Below, in pieces: positions 1 to 11,139 of a stretch of DNA of 64,000 nt. Position 1 is the stretch's first letter; each line of letters opens with the position of its first letter. Both the position numbers and the translations under genes were made by a program. This DNA is from Tubulanus polymorphus (taxonomy: Eukaryota > Animalia > Nemertea), in NCBI RefSeq assembly GCF_964204645.1, contig NC_134025.1, positions 14,446,001 through 14,510,000 of the forward strand. The letters are read 5' to 3'. The notes beneath the pieces were generated by a model. The model searched no databases, was not told where the DNA came from, and worked only from the letters and a program-made list of their open reading frames with translations.

Positions 1-2484
1 AGCGGATGAACTCAGAAATACGTTCTATTCACTAAACATCGATGAGGCTACAAGCCAATCCACAAAAAAAGTTCTGTCGATCCTTGTCAGTTACTTTAGT
101 GAGAAGGAGAGACAAGTTGTTGTCAGACATTTGGCCTCATGTAATCTTATTTCTACCACTAGCGCATCTGTTTATAGTGCTTTGGTTGAGGTTTTCCAGC
201 AGCGTGATTTAGATTATAACCGATTAATGTCTGTCCTCCTCGACAGCTGTAACGTCATGAGAGGTAGTAAAACTGGCTTGGAGAAGTTAATAAAGGATAA
301 TTTGGCCCAGCATTTGCTTGACATCGACGGTGATTCGATACATCACACTCACAACGCCGCGAAACATTTCACAAAAGAATTTGATGGATTCATAGAGAAA
401 TTGATAACCGATATTGCAAGTGATTTGCATTTTTCTAAGGACGTAGAAAACTGGCTCCAAATTATCCTTGATCTCTTAGGCATTGGGTTTTCGATGCCCG
501 AGCGGTACGTCGGAACCCGATGGCTATCGGTCCATGATGCGGCGTCAGACCTTATTCGCAAAATCGATGGATATACTCTGCTGTACTATGGATTTATACA
601 GAAAGACAAAATCGTGTATTTGGCTCTATGTGTTGACATATATCGCAAATTTAACTTGTCTGAACCCACGAAAGATGAGATCAAAAAAATCTATGTTGCT
701 GCTGCCGCCAAATGGAAAAATCTGACAGCGGAAGGAAAAGAAAGAAAGCTACGAATTATCGATAAACTCATCATTCAGCGTAAAAAGCTTAAGCTTTATG
801 TGCATTTTTACACGGCGGTATTGCCAGTTCTAAAAAGATATGTACTCTTATTCCAAACTGTTGAAGAGCCATGTGTCCACAAGCTCAATGATGAGCAATG
901 TCAATTATTCAGGGATTTCATTTCCCTTTGTGTTAAACCATCTGCAATTCCTGAATCGGATCGAAAGTTGTCTTCTCTGATAATCTCAGAAAACCTCCTG
1001 CCAACCACTGAGATGTTCATAGGCGAATCTGCATCCCAAATAATTGCGGGGGAAAATAAATCATCCCAGTTTGTCAAAGACTTTCATGATCGTGTCGAGA
1101 GGGCCTATCTCAATACCGCCCAGTACCTCGCTAAAAAAATGCCTATCGACAATAAACTTCTCCGGTATATCTCGGCAATAGACCCAAAATGCCAGCGACA
1201 TGAAACGGCACTGAAATATATGAAAAAACTCCCACAATTAGTCGTCAATGTTCTGGCTAATGAAACGGAGATCAACTGTTATAAATTAGAAGTGCATAAA
1301 TTCCACTCGGATTCCAGTCTGCCAGCAGCAGTTGATAAAGATGGAAAGCAAGTTAGAATCGATTCCTGGTGGGCTGCTGTACATGATTTGGGCAAATATC
1401 CATACCTCTGTCGCATGGTATTTGCTTTACTTAGCTGTTTCAGTTGCCCAGTTGTCGAGAGCTCGTTTAGCATTATGGGCGAAATTCTGAACAGCACAAC
1501 CAATAGACTTCATGTCAAATCTTTCAGCGCAATCCAGAGTGTGAAATACGGATTAGGCAAAACGTCAGCTGTAGACTTTTTCAAAAGAGAAGATATTCTT
1601 CATGACCCTGTGTGTCCAAATCTCGTTAAAAATATGAACACTGCAGCTAAACGATACAAGGATGAATTGCAGAGTGAAAAAGATAAGAAAGCGGCTCGTA
1701 TGGAGGAACTTCAGGCTAAAGAGGTTAAGAAAGTTTCAAAACGCAAAGCCCGCGAACAGTGCATCTCAGCTGCAAAGAAAGCCCGAGAGGCACATGTATC
1801 TGCTATGCGTGCAAAACAACGACAAGCTAAAAGACATAAGCAGATGGAACTTGTAAGACTATTAAAAAAGAAGTAATCTCTGGCTTGTCCACTATTGGAA
1901 AAACATTTATGTGTTTTGTTAAATAAAATGATGCCGACTGACTGTACTGACTATGTACATGTAGTATGTTTAGATTGGTAATGATGTGTACATGTGTTTT
2001 ATAGAATATTTTTCCAAACCTTACTTCGTTAGAAAATTCATAAGATAACCCACTGTTCTATTTAAGTTTTTTTTATGGAAATCTAGCTTGTTGTGATATC
2101 AGTTTATTAAAAATTAGTGCTTTAATGATGCATGCTGGAAAATAAAGTCTAATTCAATTATCTATTGCGTGGGCAAGTGATCGTCGCTTTCAAGAAGATT
2201 GATCAATGTGGGATTCGAACCTACTAGTTACATTATAGTTGTCTCTGCATCAATTATGTCCCTGCCGTCTTGGAACTAGCAGTGTGTTGTGTAAAACATG
2301 GACGATGTTGTTTGATTTTTTGGCTTTGCTGAGTGAAATTTCAATCGGAAAACTGCTGAAAAACGATCTGAGATGATGTGAAAATCAAAAATTTTCTGGG
2401 GGAGGGCCCCCGGACCCCCCGTAATTACTTCGCGCCTACGGCGCTCGTTTCCGCCTTTTCAATAATGGTCTGTTATCATCCCTG
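1..2484 (+). mobile_element. hAT-superfamily DNA transposon (right part), inserted into the pPolB gene of Polinton copy 1
   Basis: Carries a hAT transposase ORF. Ends in ...GTTATCATCCCTG (reverse complement CAGGGATGATAAC, Ac-like TIR). The next base starts GTTTATAAAATCTGAAG, identical to copy 2 pPolB at 27590. Confidence 0.85.
2..1876 (+). CDS. hAT family DDE transposase (5'-partial; frame open from window start)
   Basis: Frame 2 reads YSLNIDEATS (first catalytic D), LLDSCNVMRG (second D), TRWLS (RW motif), SWW and VVESSFS (dimerisation domain, catalytic E); basic C-terminal tail. Confidence 0.88.
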   Translation, partial: ADELRNTFYSLNIDEATSQSTKKVLSILVSYFSEKERQVVVRHLASCNLISTTSASVYSALVEVFQQRDLDYNRLMSVLLDSCNVMRGSKTGLEKLIKDNLAQHLLDIDGDSIHHTHNAAKHFTKEFDGFIEKLITDIASDLHFSKDVENWLQIILDLLGIGFSMPERYVGTRWLSVHDAASDLIRKIDGYTLLYYGFIQKDKIVYLALCVDIYRKFNLSEPTKDEIKKIYVAAAAKWKNLTAEGKERKLRIIDKLIIQRKKLKLYVHFYTAVLPVLKRYVLLFQTVEEPCVHKLNDEQCQLFRDFISLCVKPSAIPESDRKLSSLIISENLLPTTEMFIGESASQIIAGENKSSQFVKDFHDRVERAYLNTAQYLAKKMPIDNKLLRYISAIDPKCQRHETALKYMKKLPQLVVNVLANETEINCYKLEVHKFHSDSSLPAAVDKDGKQVRIDSWWAAVHDLGKYPYLCRMVFALLSCFSCPVVESSFSIMGEILNSTTNRLHVKSFSAIQSVKYGLGKTSAVDFFKREDILHDPVCPNLVKNMNTAAKRYKDELQSEKDKKAARMEELQAKEVKKVSKRKAREQCISAAKKAREAHVSAMRAKQRQAKRHKQMELVRLLKKK

Positions 2485-5400
2485 GTTTATAAAATCTGAA
2501 GATAAACCAATATATAATATAAATTCTCATTCACAACATATTATATATAAACAACATATAGATGATAAATTAGATAAATGTTATAATGAAGTAAAAACTA
2601 AAATAGAAGAGAAATATTTTGAAGGATCTGGTTTAATATTTGATGAAATAATATTTATGACTTTACATGTTTATAACACAAAATATAATAAGTTAACTAA
2701 ATCAAAACCAATTGATGAAAATAATGTATCATATTATAAAGAACGAGATATTGAAGCATCGAGTTATATTAAACTACCATTTAAAACTAATGCTGTTATA
2801 AATGTACAAAATGAAGATGATAAATGTTTTCTATGGGCTATAATAAGTTGTTTACATCCTGCAACTTATAATATTTGTAGATTAACTCATTATAAACCAT
2901 TTGAAAATAATTATAAGATAGATAAGTATCCTGTTATAATTAAAAACATCCCAAAAATAGAAAGAGATAATAATATAAAGATAAATGTATTTGATTTAAT
3001 CAAATTACCAAATACAAAAGGTAACAATATAAAACATTATACATTAGAACCTTTATATCTATCAAAAGATTATGATTCAAACGATGTTATAGATATACTA
3101 TATTATGAGAATCATTATATGTGGATTAAACAAATCGACTTATTTTTTAAATCAGAAAATGATCACCATAAAATATATCTTTGTAGAAAATGTTTACATA
3201 AATTCAGTAATGAAAGTACATTATTAAATCATAAACAATTATGTGAAAATCATGATTATTGTAAATTAGTTTTACCAAATGAAAAGGATAAAATATTAGA
3301 ATTCAAAAAATATGATTACAAAAATAAAGTACCATTTGTAATATATGGAGATTTTGAATCATTAAATAAAGAACTAACTGATCAAGATAGAAAAGAAATA
3401 TATTATAAGAGAAAGAAATTAAATTCTAATGAAAATGATTATTCTGAAGAACCACCAAAAACAAATACTATTAAAAAGATTCATCAATCAGCTGCTGCTT
3501 TCGGGTTATATATAAAATCTGATTATCCAGAACTAATTGAAAGTGAATATTATGATTATAGAAATGAAAATGTTATCAATCATTTTTGTGACTTATTAAT
3601 TGAATATGAAATAAGATTTAGTAAATTATTGAATACAAATATAGAAATTATAATGACAGAAGAAGATAAAGAAGCATTTGCGTTTGCAGATAAATGTTAT
3701 TATTGTGAAAAGATATTTAATTATAAAGATAAAAAAGTAAGAGACCATGATCATTTGAACGGAAAGTTTAGAGGCGCTGCACATGAGAATTGTAACTTAC
3801 AAGCTAAGAAAATTAATTTTGTACCAGTTATATTTCATAATCTATCAGGATATGATGCACATTTATTCATCAAACAGTTATGCCATAAAATAGAAGAAAT
3901 TAATAATGAAATAGAAAGATTAAATTCAAATAGATCAAAAGATAAAATACCAACTTATAAATTTAGAATGTTAGCTAAAACATCTGAGAATTATATATCA
4001 TTCCAATTTGGGTGTTTAAGATTTATAGATTCATATAGATTTTTAAATAGTTCATTAGATAACTTATCAAAATCATTAGTTGATGATGAATTAAAGATAT
4101 TAAAAGAATATTACCCAAATAATGATGATTTCCAATTAATGAGATATAAAGGCGCAATTCCATATTCTTTCTATAAAAATCATAATGATTTTAACATAAC
4201 TGAATTATTGAAAGATGATGAATTAAAAAATGAATATGTTAAAGATGAAGTATATAATAGAACATTGAATATTTGGAATCATTTCAAAATAGAAAATCAT
4301 GGGCAATTAGTAGATTTATATTTAAAATCAGATGTATTATTATTAACCGATATATTCGAAAGGTTTAGAGATGTAAACCTAAAATATTTCAATATTGATC
4401 CATGTCATTGTTATTCATCACCAGGATTAACATGGGATTGTGGATTAAAATTTACAGATATAAAAATGGATTTGTTAACAAATATAGATCAATTACTATT
4501 ATTTGAAAAGTCTATAAGAGGAGGTGTTTCAGGTGTATAAGGGGATAGATATTTCAATGTAAATGATAACCCTGGATATAAGTTATTATATATAGATGCA
4601 AATAATCTATATGGTTGGGCAATGATGGAACCACAACCTTATGGAGTATTTGAATTAACTGAAGTTTTACAGAATGAAAATAATGATAAATTTGATTGGA
4701 AGAAAAGAATTCTAGATATTGCAGATGATTCAGATACTGGTTACTTTTTTGTTGTAGATTTAGAATATCCTGAACACATTAAATTTAAATCTAGAAATCT
4801 AGCATACTGTCCAGAACATAAAACTGTAACACATGAAGAATTATCAAATTACCAAAAAAGAATTAAACCCGAAAATCATATTCATACAGAAAAGTTAATG
4901 GTAACTCAAGAAGATAAATATAATTATGTAGTACATTATAGAATGTTAAAGTTTTATTTGAATCAAGGAATGATTCTAAAAAAAGTACATAGATATATTT
5001 CATTCAGCCAATCTAAGTGGTTAGAAAAATATATAGATTTTAACACCAAACAGAGAACTGAAGCTAAAACTGATTTCGAGAAAGATTTCTTCAAGTTAAT
5101 GAACAATGCATTCTATGGTAAGACTTGTGAAAATATTAGAAATAGAAATGATATTGAGTTAGTTAGTAATGGTAAAAGAATTAGACATTTACAATCATAT
5201 CCTAAGTTCATTGGTAACAGAATATTTGATGAAAATTTAGCCGCAGTTAAAATGAGAAGAACATCAATGAAATTTAATAAACCAATCTATGTTGGCGCTT
5301 CAGTTTTAGAATTATCAAAATTACTAATGTATGAATTCTATTATAATGTATTACAACCACTTTTTGGAGAAAAACATATAGAAATATTATATTTTGATAC

Positions 5401-5929
5401 TGACAGTTACATATTAAAGATAAAAACTGATAACATAACTGATGATTTAAAAACATTAAAACATCATTTTGATTTCAGTAATTATCCTAAAAATCATGAA
5501 TTGTTTAGCAATGATAATAAAAAAGTTCCAGGGAAGTTTAAGGATGAATTAGGTGGTGAAGAAATGATTGAATTCATCGGTATTAGATCTAAAATGTATT
5601 CATATAAAACTAATGAACATGAAGCTAAAAAGTTAAAAGGAATAACCAAAAGTGTAGTAGAAAAGAATATTCATTTCAAAGATTACATCAATTGTATATT
5701 CAATGAAGAAGTTAGAAAACATAAAATGAGATGTTTAAGATCTGAAGATCGTGAAATGTTTATTGAAGAAATTGAAAAGATAAGTCTAAACCCATTTGAT
5801 GATAAAAGATATATTTTAGATGATGGAATTCATACAGTTGCTTATGGTTGCAATTTAGATGAATACTTAAAATTTAAAAGAGAAGAAACAAAAGAGAACG
5901 AGATAATGAAAAGAATTCTAACGTGTTAA
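2485..5929 (+). pseudogene. Protein-primed family B DNA polymerase (pPolB), 5'-truncated, premature stop at 4538-4540
   Basis: ExoI YGDFES, ExoII FHNLSGYD, ExoIII YLKSDV, motif A YIDANNLYG, motif B KLMNNAFYGK, motif C YFDTDS. TTA>TAA relative to copy 2. Confidence 0.93.
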
Positions 5930-5958
5930 TCAAATTTTGATAAAAATATGTATTATAA

Positions 5959-6363
5959 ATGGAGAGTAAACAAGCGCACAGTGAGAACAACAAATCATTT
6001 CTAGATAGAATAAAAGATACTACAAATGTAAAATCTGTAGATTATAAATTCAAAAAGTTAACAGAATTAACAATCCATAAGAAATATTTAATTACAAATA
6101 TTGATACAGTTACTAATAACTATAGAGATAAATTAGTTATACACTTAGAATATGAAGGATTAAAAGGAAATACATATAAATTCAGAACATATTTACCAGA
6201 TAGATTTCATAGATTATCAAGTGATGATCTAGAAGAATTATGTTCTGGTGATTTCTATTTCGTATACAAAGGTAAGAATGAAAAAGGGCACCATGAAATA
6301 GATTTCGAAAAGAAAATATGTAAAATAAATGGCGGAATTAAAAGAATACAGAATATTTGTTGA
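5959..6363 (+). CDS. Small conserved Polinton protein, possibly OB-fold ssDNA-binding (3' end frameshifted relative to copy 2)
   Basis: FKKLTEL...YLPDRF...FVYKGK pattern; homologues at 31075 and 22844. Function inferred from position next to pPolB. Confidence 0.55.
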   Translation: MESKQAHSENNKSFLDRIKDTTNVKSVDYKFKKLTELTIHKKYLITNIDTVTNNYRDKLVIHLEYEGLKGNTYKFRTYLPDRFHRLSSDDLEELCSGDFYFVYKGKNEKGHHEIDFEKKICKINGGIKRIQNIC

Positions 6364-8243
6364 TTCAAGAAAACTTACTAATTATAAATCTCATAATTTA
6401 CTAGTACAATTAGATAGAGAATTCAAGAATTGTGTAGATTTAAGTTTATGTAATTCTTTTTATAATATATCGAATAAAACTATTGAACATAGAGCCTTTT
6501 TAGTTTTTAATAGACACATAGATTCATGGGTCTATATATATTTAAAACCGGGGTTATATAATTTAGATACATTAGCACAAGAAATTAATAGAAAAGCGTG
6601 GCACAAATTAGGTAGTAGTTCTGGGTTTAGTATTAGATTTTTAAAAAGTGATAGTTCTGATAGAATAAAGATAAGGTTGTCTAATAGTGAAAAACATAAA
6701 TTTATGGTAAAAAAACCTATAGCTAAACTGTTAGGAATTCTTCCAGATAGATCTTTTACAAATATTGATGCTGCTACACCAAACTTAATACCTTACACGC
6801 ATTTTTTGACGCCTTATAAAACGTTACCATTATGAAACCTAAACAATGCTAACCATTCAGCGTCATTTTACAAACGACAGCCGTAAATCGATGTGCAAAT
6901 CGTCACAGGTTTAGCTATCTGGCAAGCTATCTGGCAAAATATTATTGACATAGATGTAGAATGGCTTCCTGTGATTATATAATGACCTATATTTGAACGT
7001 CGAAATGTTATATTGCATTGAATATCATTAGAAGACGTATTGTAATAGTAAAGGATGTATGATTATATCAGAAGCGGCAGGCATAAATAGAAATGATAAG
7101 TAAATCGGATTATTCGGTTAAATGGCGGATGTATTCACGATGCGGAAGTCTGATATAAAAGTCAGACCCTGACGTGGGCATGCCGGTGGAATGACGAAGC
7201 TATCTACGATGTGTGTAGGGCAAGCGTGAATTTCATCAGCGGCTACAAGCGGTCAATATGAAAACATATAATTTCAATATTCAAACGTTTTAGAAAATAT
7301 GTTTGATATTAGGAGTATGCAAGTTTCGTGAGATTAGCAATTTATAATAGCATAGCTGTCATATACGGCTCCGTGTCCTCTGATGGCATGTGTATTAGGT
7401 GACAATTCAATTCAATTCTTTATTGATCCTTATTACATTGAAATTCCGGGATAAAATGCCCAAATTCAATAAATACAAATTTTAAAATAAATTAATACAA
7501 CATACATGACACACGGGTAATTCATACAGAACAACATAAGCATGTTATTTTAAATGACAATGTCTACTTCAACCCACCCAGACTCAAGACTCTAGGATAT
7601 CGAGTGACAGCCAAACCCGTGGCCCGGGCCGGCTGGCTAGGCCACACGATATGCTCGAAGTCATGATGAAGCAGACATCAGAAGAGCTCTTTTTTCTTCA
7701 TCCATGGAGGCAATGAAGTTGCAGACCAGCTTAGAGGCATAAGTAAATGAAGTCGGTCGCAAGTTCGCGATCAATTATTGAGAATTTTCAATAAAAATAT
7801 TTAAACCACTACTAGAGTCGAAGACCTGTATCATCTACCCAATCGCCAAATCTCATCATTCCCCAAATTTCTTAAAACTTCGATTTCAAATTTGCAATTC
7901 CACATTAGCTTAGCCCAGAAATTCTACATTTTTCCCCAGGCGTCAAATAATTTTCTAAAATTAATTTTCTTGTTATATTTATTGCAATTTAATCGATCCT
8001 ACAAAAACATTCGAAGCAACTAAAGATATAACTTGTAATTCTGGTTTACTAAACATTTTACCATTGAAGAATGTTAAAGAATTTGGAACGCAAATAAATT
8101 ATAATTTAACAGAATGTGATTTCAAACCATGCATTCCTCGTTTTAATAATTTTAGATTAGAAATTAGAAATCACAATGGATATTTAATTGATTTGAATAA
8201 CTTTCCTGTAATTTATGAATTAGTTATAAGATGTAAAGAGTAA
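6329..8243 (+). pseudogene. Minor capsid protein (penton-like), split by a ~1.17-kb insertion
   Basis: N-terminal part 6329-6804. Frame resumes ~7974 as YIYCNLIDP...LLNILP...FNNFRLEIRNHNGYLIDLNNFPVIYELVI, the typical single-jelly-roll minor capsid C-terminus; contiguous in copy 3 (49156-49638). Confidence 0.75.
6805..7973. mobile_element. Non-autonomous insertion with Helentron/HINE-like structure, containing a probable LINE 3' tail fragment
   Basis: Absent from copies 2 and 3. Inserted in a T-run. Subterminal inverted repeats TTTGACGCCT (6805) / AGGCGTCAAA (7938), then hairpin TAATTTT-CT-AAAATTA and CTTGT end. (AATTC)3-TTTATT tail near 7404. Confidence 0.6.
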
Positions 8244-8263
8244 TTTTTTTCACTATATAAATG
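8242..8263 (+). promoter_or_regulatory. Poxvirus-late-like promoter motif AATTTTTTT-N6/7-TAAATG (first of seven consecutive copies; others before 8603, 8849, 9291, 9742, 11140, 12624)
   Basis: Same T-run, 6-7 nt spacer and TAAATG at each start codon; conserved in divergent copy 3. Confidence 0.65.
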
Positions 8264-8602
8264 AATATAACTGTTGGACCGAGTATATGTTTTGGGTTTG
8301 ATTTTAAACATGGTAAAGAAATGAGAATTAAACTAAATGATGTAATTACTGATATAAAAAGTAAATCACTTAACAATGCATCAATGATTAATAAAGAAAA
8401 TTATAATATAGAAAAAGTAATTGATTTAATTAAATCACCTTTAGAATATTATGAATTAAATGAAGATGGAATTATTGATGATATTAAAAACATATTAACC
8501 AAAATATATGATAATCATAAAAGTAGTAATGAAATAAATGTTGAAATAATCATAAATAAGTTAACTAAATATTTTGATGATAGTAATTTTTTTGATAAAT
8601 AA
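8261..8602 (+). CDS. Polinton hypothetical protein (113 aa)
   Basis: Intact ORF with promoter motif; decayed homologue at ~48785-49140 (-). Confidence 0.7.
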   Translation: MNITVGPSICFGFDFKHGKEMRIKLNDVITDIKSKSLNNASMINKENYNIEKVIDLIKSPLEYYELNEDGIIDDIKNILTKIYDNHKSSNEINVEIIINKLTKYFDDSNFFDK

Positions 8603-8824
8603 ATGAGTGATAATAAGTGGATAATAACTGGATTATATAATGGAGCATTACTATCAGTTGGAACTGTTGGTTATTCAATGGTATTAAAAAAAGTATTTAA
8701 AATGGGAAGTGTTAATGTTGATAGATTTGATATAAATGATATTTCAAAATTAACATTAGCAGTTACTTTATCTAATTTAACTATTGATTATTTGGAAAAA
8801 CAAAAATATATTCCTCCCATATAA
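8603..8824 (+). CDS. Small hydrophobic (putative membrane) protein, 73 aa
   Basis: Two hydrophobic/amphipathic segments; homologue at ~48563-48783 (-). Confidence 0.72.
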   Translation: MSDNKWIITGLYNGALLSVGTVGYSMVLKKVFKMGSVNVDRFDINDISKLTLAVTLSNLTIDYLEKQKYIPPI

Positions 8825-8848
8825 ATGCATAATTTTTTTGCTAAATAA

Positions 8849-9271
8849 ATGGCTTCTGCAATTATAACTATTATAGGATCGGCAATTGTTAACGCTTTAG
8901 CATTTACTGGTGGCGGTTATTTATTTAAGCATATTGATAAAAATAGTTCATTAGGAGAACAAAGAAGACATAACTTAGCATTAGAGAAATACAATAAAGC
9001 AGCAGAAGAATATAGAGAAAAAAGACAAAACTATATGGATTACATCAATAAAGAATTATATGATCAGAAGATTTCACATAGAGATTTTCAATCAGTTGAT
9101 GATGCAATGAGTTTATATAACGCAGTAACAAATAAAGAAAAATTACATCTATACAAACCTAAATTATCAGATTATTATACCCCAAGTAATGAACAACAGA
9201 AATATGAAATAATTTGGATTTTAGGTGGAACAGTTATTGTTATATTTGTGGCGTATAAGTTTACTAATTAG
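8849..9271 (+). CDS. Membrane protein with N-terminal Gly/Ala-rich hydrophobic helix, coiled coil and C-terminal TM, 140 aa
   Basis: MASAIITIIGSAIVNALAFTGGGYLF ... IIWILGGTVIVIFVAY; homologue at ~48117-48536 (-). Confidence 0.75.
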   Translation: MASAIITIIGSAIVNALAFTGGGYLFKHIDKNSSLGEQRRHNLALEKYNKAAEEYREKRQNYMDYINKELYDQKISHRDFQSVDDAMSLYNAVTNKEKLHLYKPKLSDYYTPSNEQQKYEIIWILGGTVIVIFVAYKFTN

Positions 9272-9290
9272 TAATTTTTTTGCTAAATAA

Positions 9291-9725
9291 ATGGAAGATA
9301 AAGTTGATAATATTGATATTATTCCTCATGATATAAATAAAACTAAATTAAAAACATATTTAGAAAAACAAATATTAGAATTTGAAAGTGACTTAAAAGT
9401 TAAAAAGAAAAAATATTTAAAAAGTAAAATTATATATTATCTTATTATCAGTGGTTCGGTTACAATTAGTTCTGTAATAACATTTCTAGCAATATTCAGT
9501 CCATAAAAACCTTTAGCTATATCAATTGGTGTATTAGGATTAAGTTCAAGTGTTTTAACTGGTATAAGTTCAAAATTAAATATAAAAAGTAATAAAGAAA
9601 AAATTAAAACTAATATAAAAGAAATTAATAAATTGAAGAAAACACTAGATTATATAATAAGTTTAAATGGTCATATAACAGTTGAAGAACAAGATAAATT
9701 ATTAAAAGAATTAATAAATTATTAA
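9291..9725 (+). pseudogene. Two-TM membrane protein with flanking coiled coils (premature stop at 9504-9506)
   Basis: TM1 IIYYLIISGSVTISSVITFLAIF; reading continues in frame after the stop as PLAISIGVLGLSSSVLTGIS. Copy 3 homologue has TTA at this codon. Confidence 0.65.
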
Positions 9726-9741
9726 TTTTTTAATTAAATAA

Positions 9742-11123
9742 ATGGTAGATAGTTTTCCAAAAGCTTTCCAATATAATAAATCAATTAAATATAATATTCC
9801 AGCAATAGATTTTAATAAAAATATTACATATAGAAATGAAGTTTTAGATTCATTAACTAATTTAGAAATTTATGTTACTGAAACTAATAATTTTAATGCA
9901 AAGATGGAAAATATATTTCATGTATATTTAATTAATTTTAAAAAATTGAAAGATGAAAAACAATGGTTATTAAAATCTAATATGAAGTATTGGCAGAACC
10001 AATTAAATTTTGCTGTTTATTGTGCAACAACAGGTTGTGGAATTAGTTGGAATGATCATTTGAATAATTCTAAATATAAATTAATTCAAAGGTTATTTAG
10101 ATTTCATACATACTTTCAAATCAGAATAATATTAAATGAATTAGAGTGCGCTTTACCAGGATCTAGGTATTTTAAAGAATTAGATAATAATATTAATTTA
10201 TCAAAGTTTTATAAAATTTGTAATGAATTAAATATAGATATAAATAATTCTGATTTTAGAACAAAAATTGGAACAATAAGATCACTTCCTTGCCCTAAAA
10301 AGATTGCAGAATATTGTGCACTTCCCATACCATCTAATAGTTTGTATAATATCTATAGTAATAAATTAGGTTATGGTAAAATAGAAACTAAGGATTTAGA
10401 AACATTAAATTTCAATAAATTACCGACATTTTATGATAATTTAAAACAAGAAAACAATAATGGTTGGGTTTATTTCATTTTAGAAAATAATGAAGGTTTT
10501 ACAAAATCAGGTATACAAAGAATAGATCAATCTATTAGAACTTATTTGATATGTATTTTAGGTGCGCAAGTTGAAACAAGATCCCCAATAATTGGAAATT
10601 GAAATACATCATTTGATACACAGAAACAATTCAAAGTATTATTTGAAGATTCAATTCATAATGATAAAAATAGATCGATTCCAGAAAACATTGTAAGATA
10701 TCAAAATTATTTAGATAAATCACATATTAGATTAAATTATTGTATAGGCCCTAATCTATTAATTATTTCTAATGATTTAGTACTAAAGATGGGAAATATA
10801 ATTGGTTATAATAATCTAATTAAAACTGCAACAATAAATAATTCATTTGGATTGAATGATATAAATAAAAAGATAATTAATGCTCCAAAATTAATGGAAG
10901 GTGAAAAAAATAAAAAACATATTCAATCAACAGAAACTAAAACTAAGAATATTAAATTAAATAATGATTCTAAAATAAAAGGTTACAATACATCAGAAGA
11001 TATAAAAACTGATAATATTCAACATGAAATAATTAAACTAAATGATGATAATAAATCCCATGAAAATTAGCTATAACTTGTATAGGAATTGTAATCGGAG
11101 GAATATTAAATTTTAAATTTTAA
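9742..11123 (+). pseudogene. Conserved Polinton protein (WQNQLNFAVYCATTGCGIS motif) with C-terminal hydrophobic anchor; nonsense/frameshift lesions
   Basis: ORFs 9742-10602 and 10789-11070 correspond to one gene in copy 2 (32097-33086 plus tail); tail IAITCIGIVIGGI. Confidence 0.7.
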
Positions 11124-11139
11124 TTTTTTTATTATGTAA

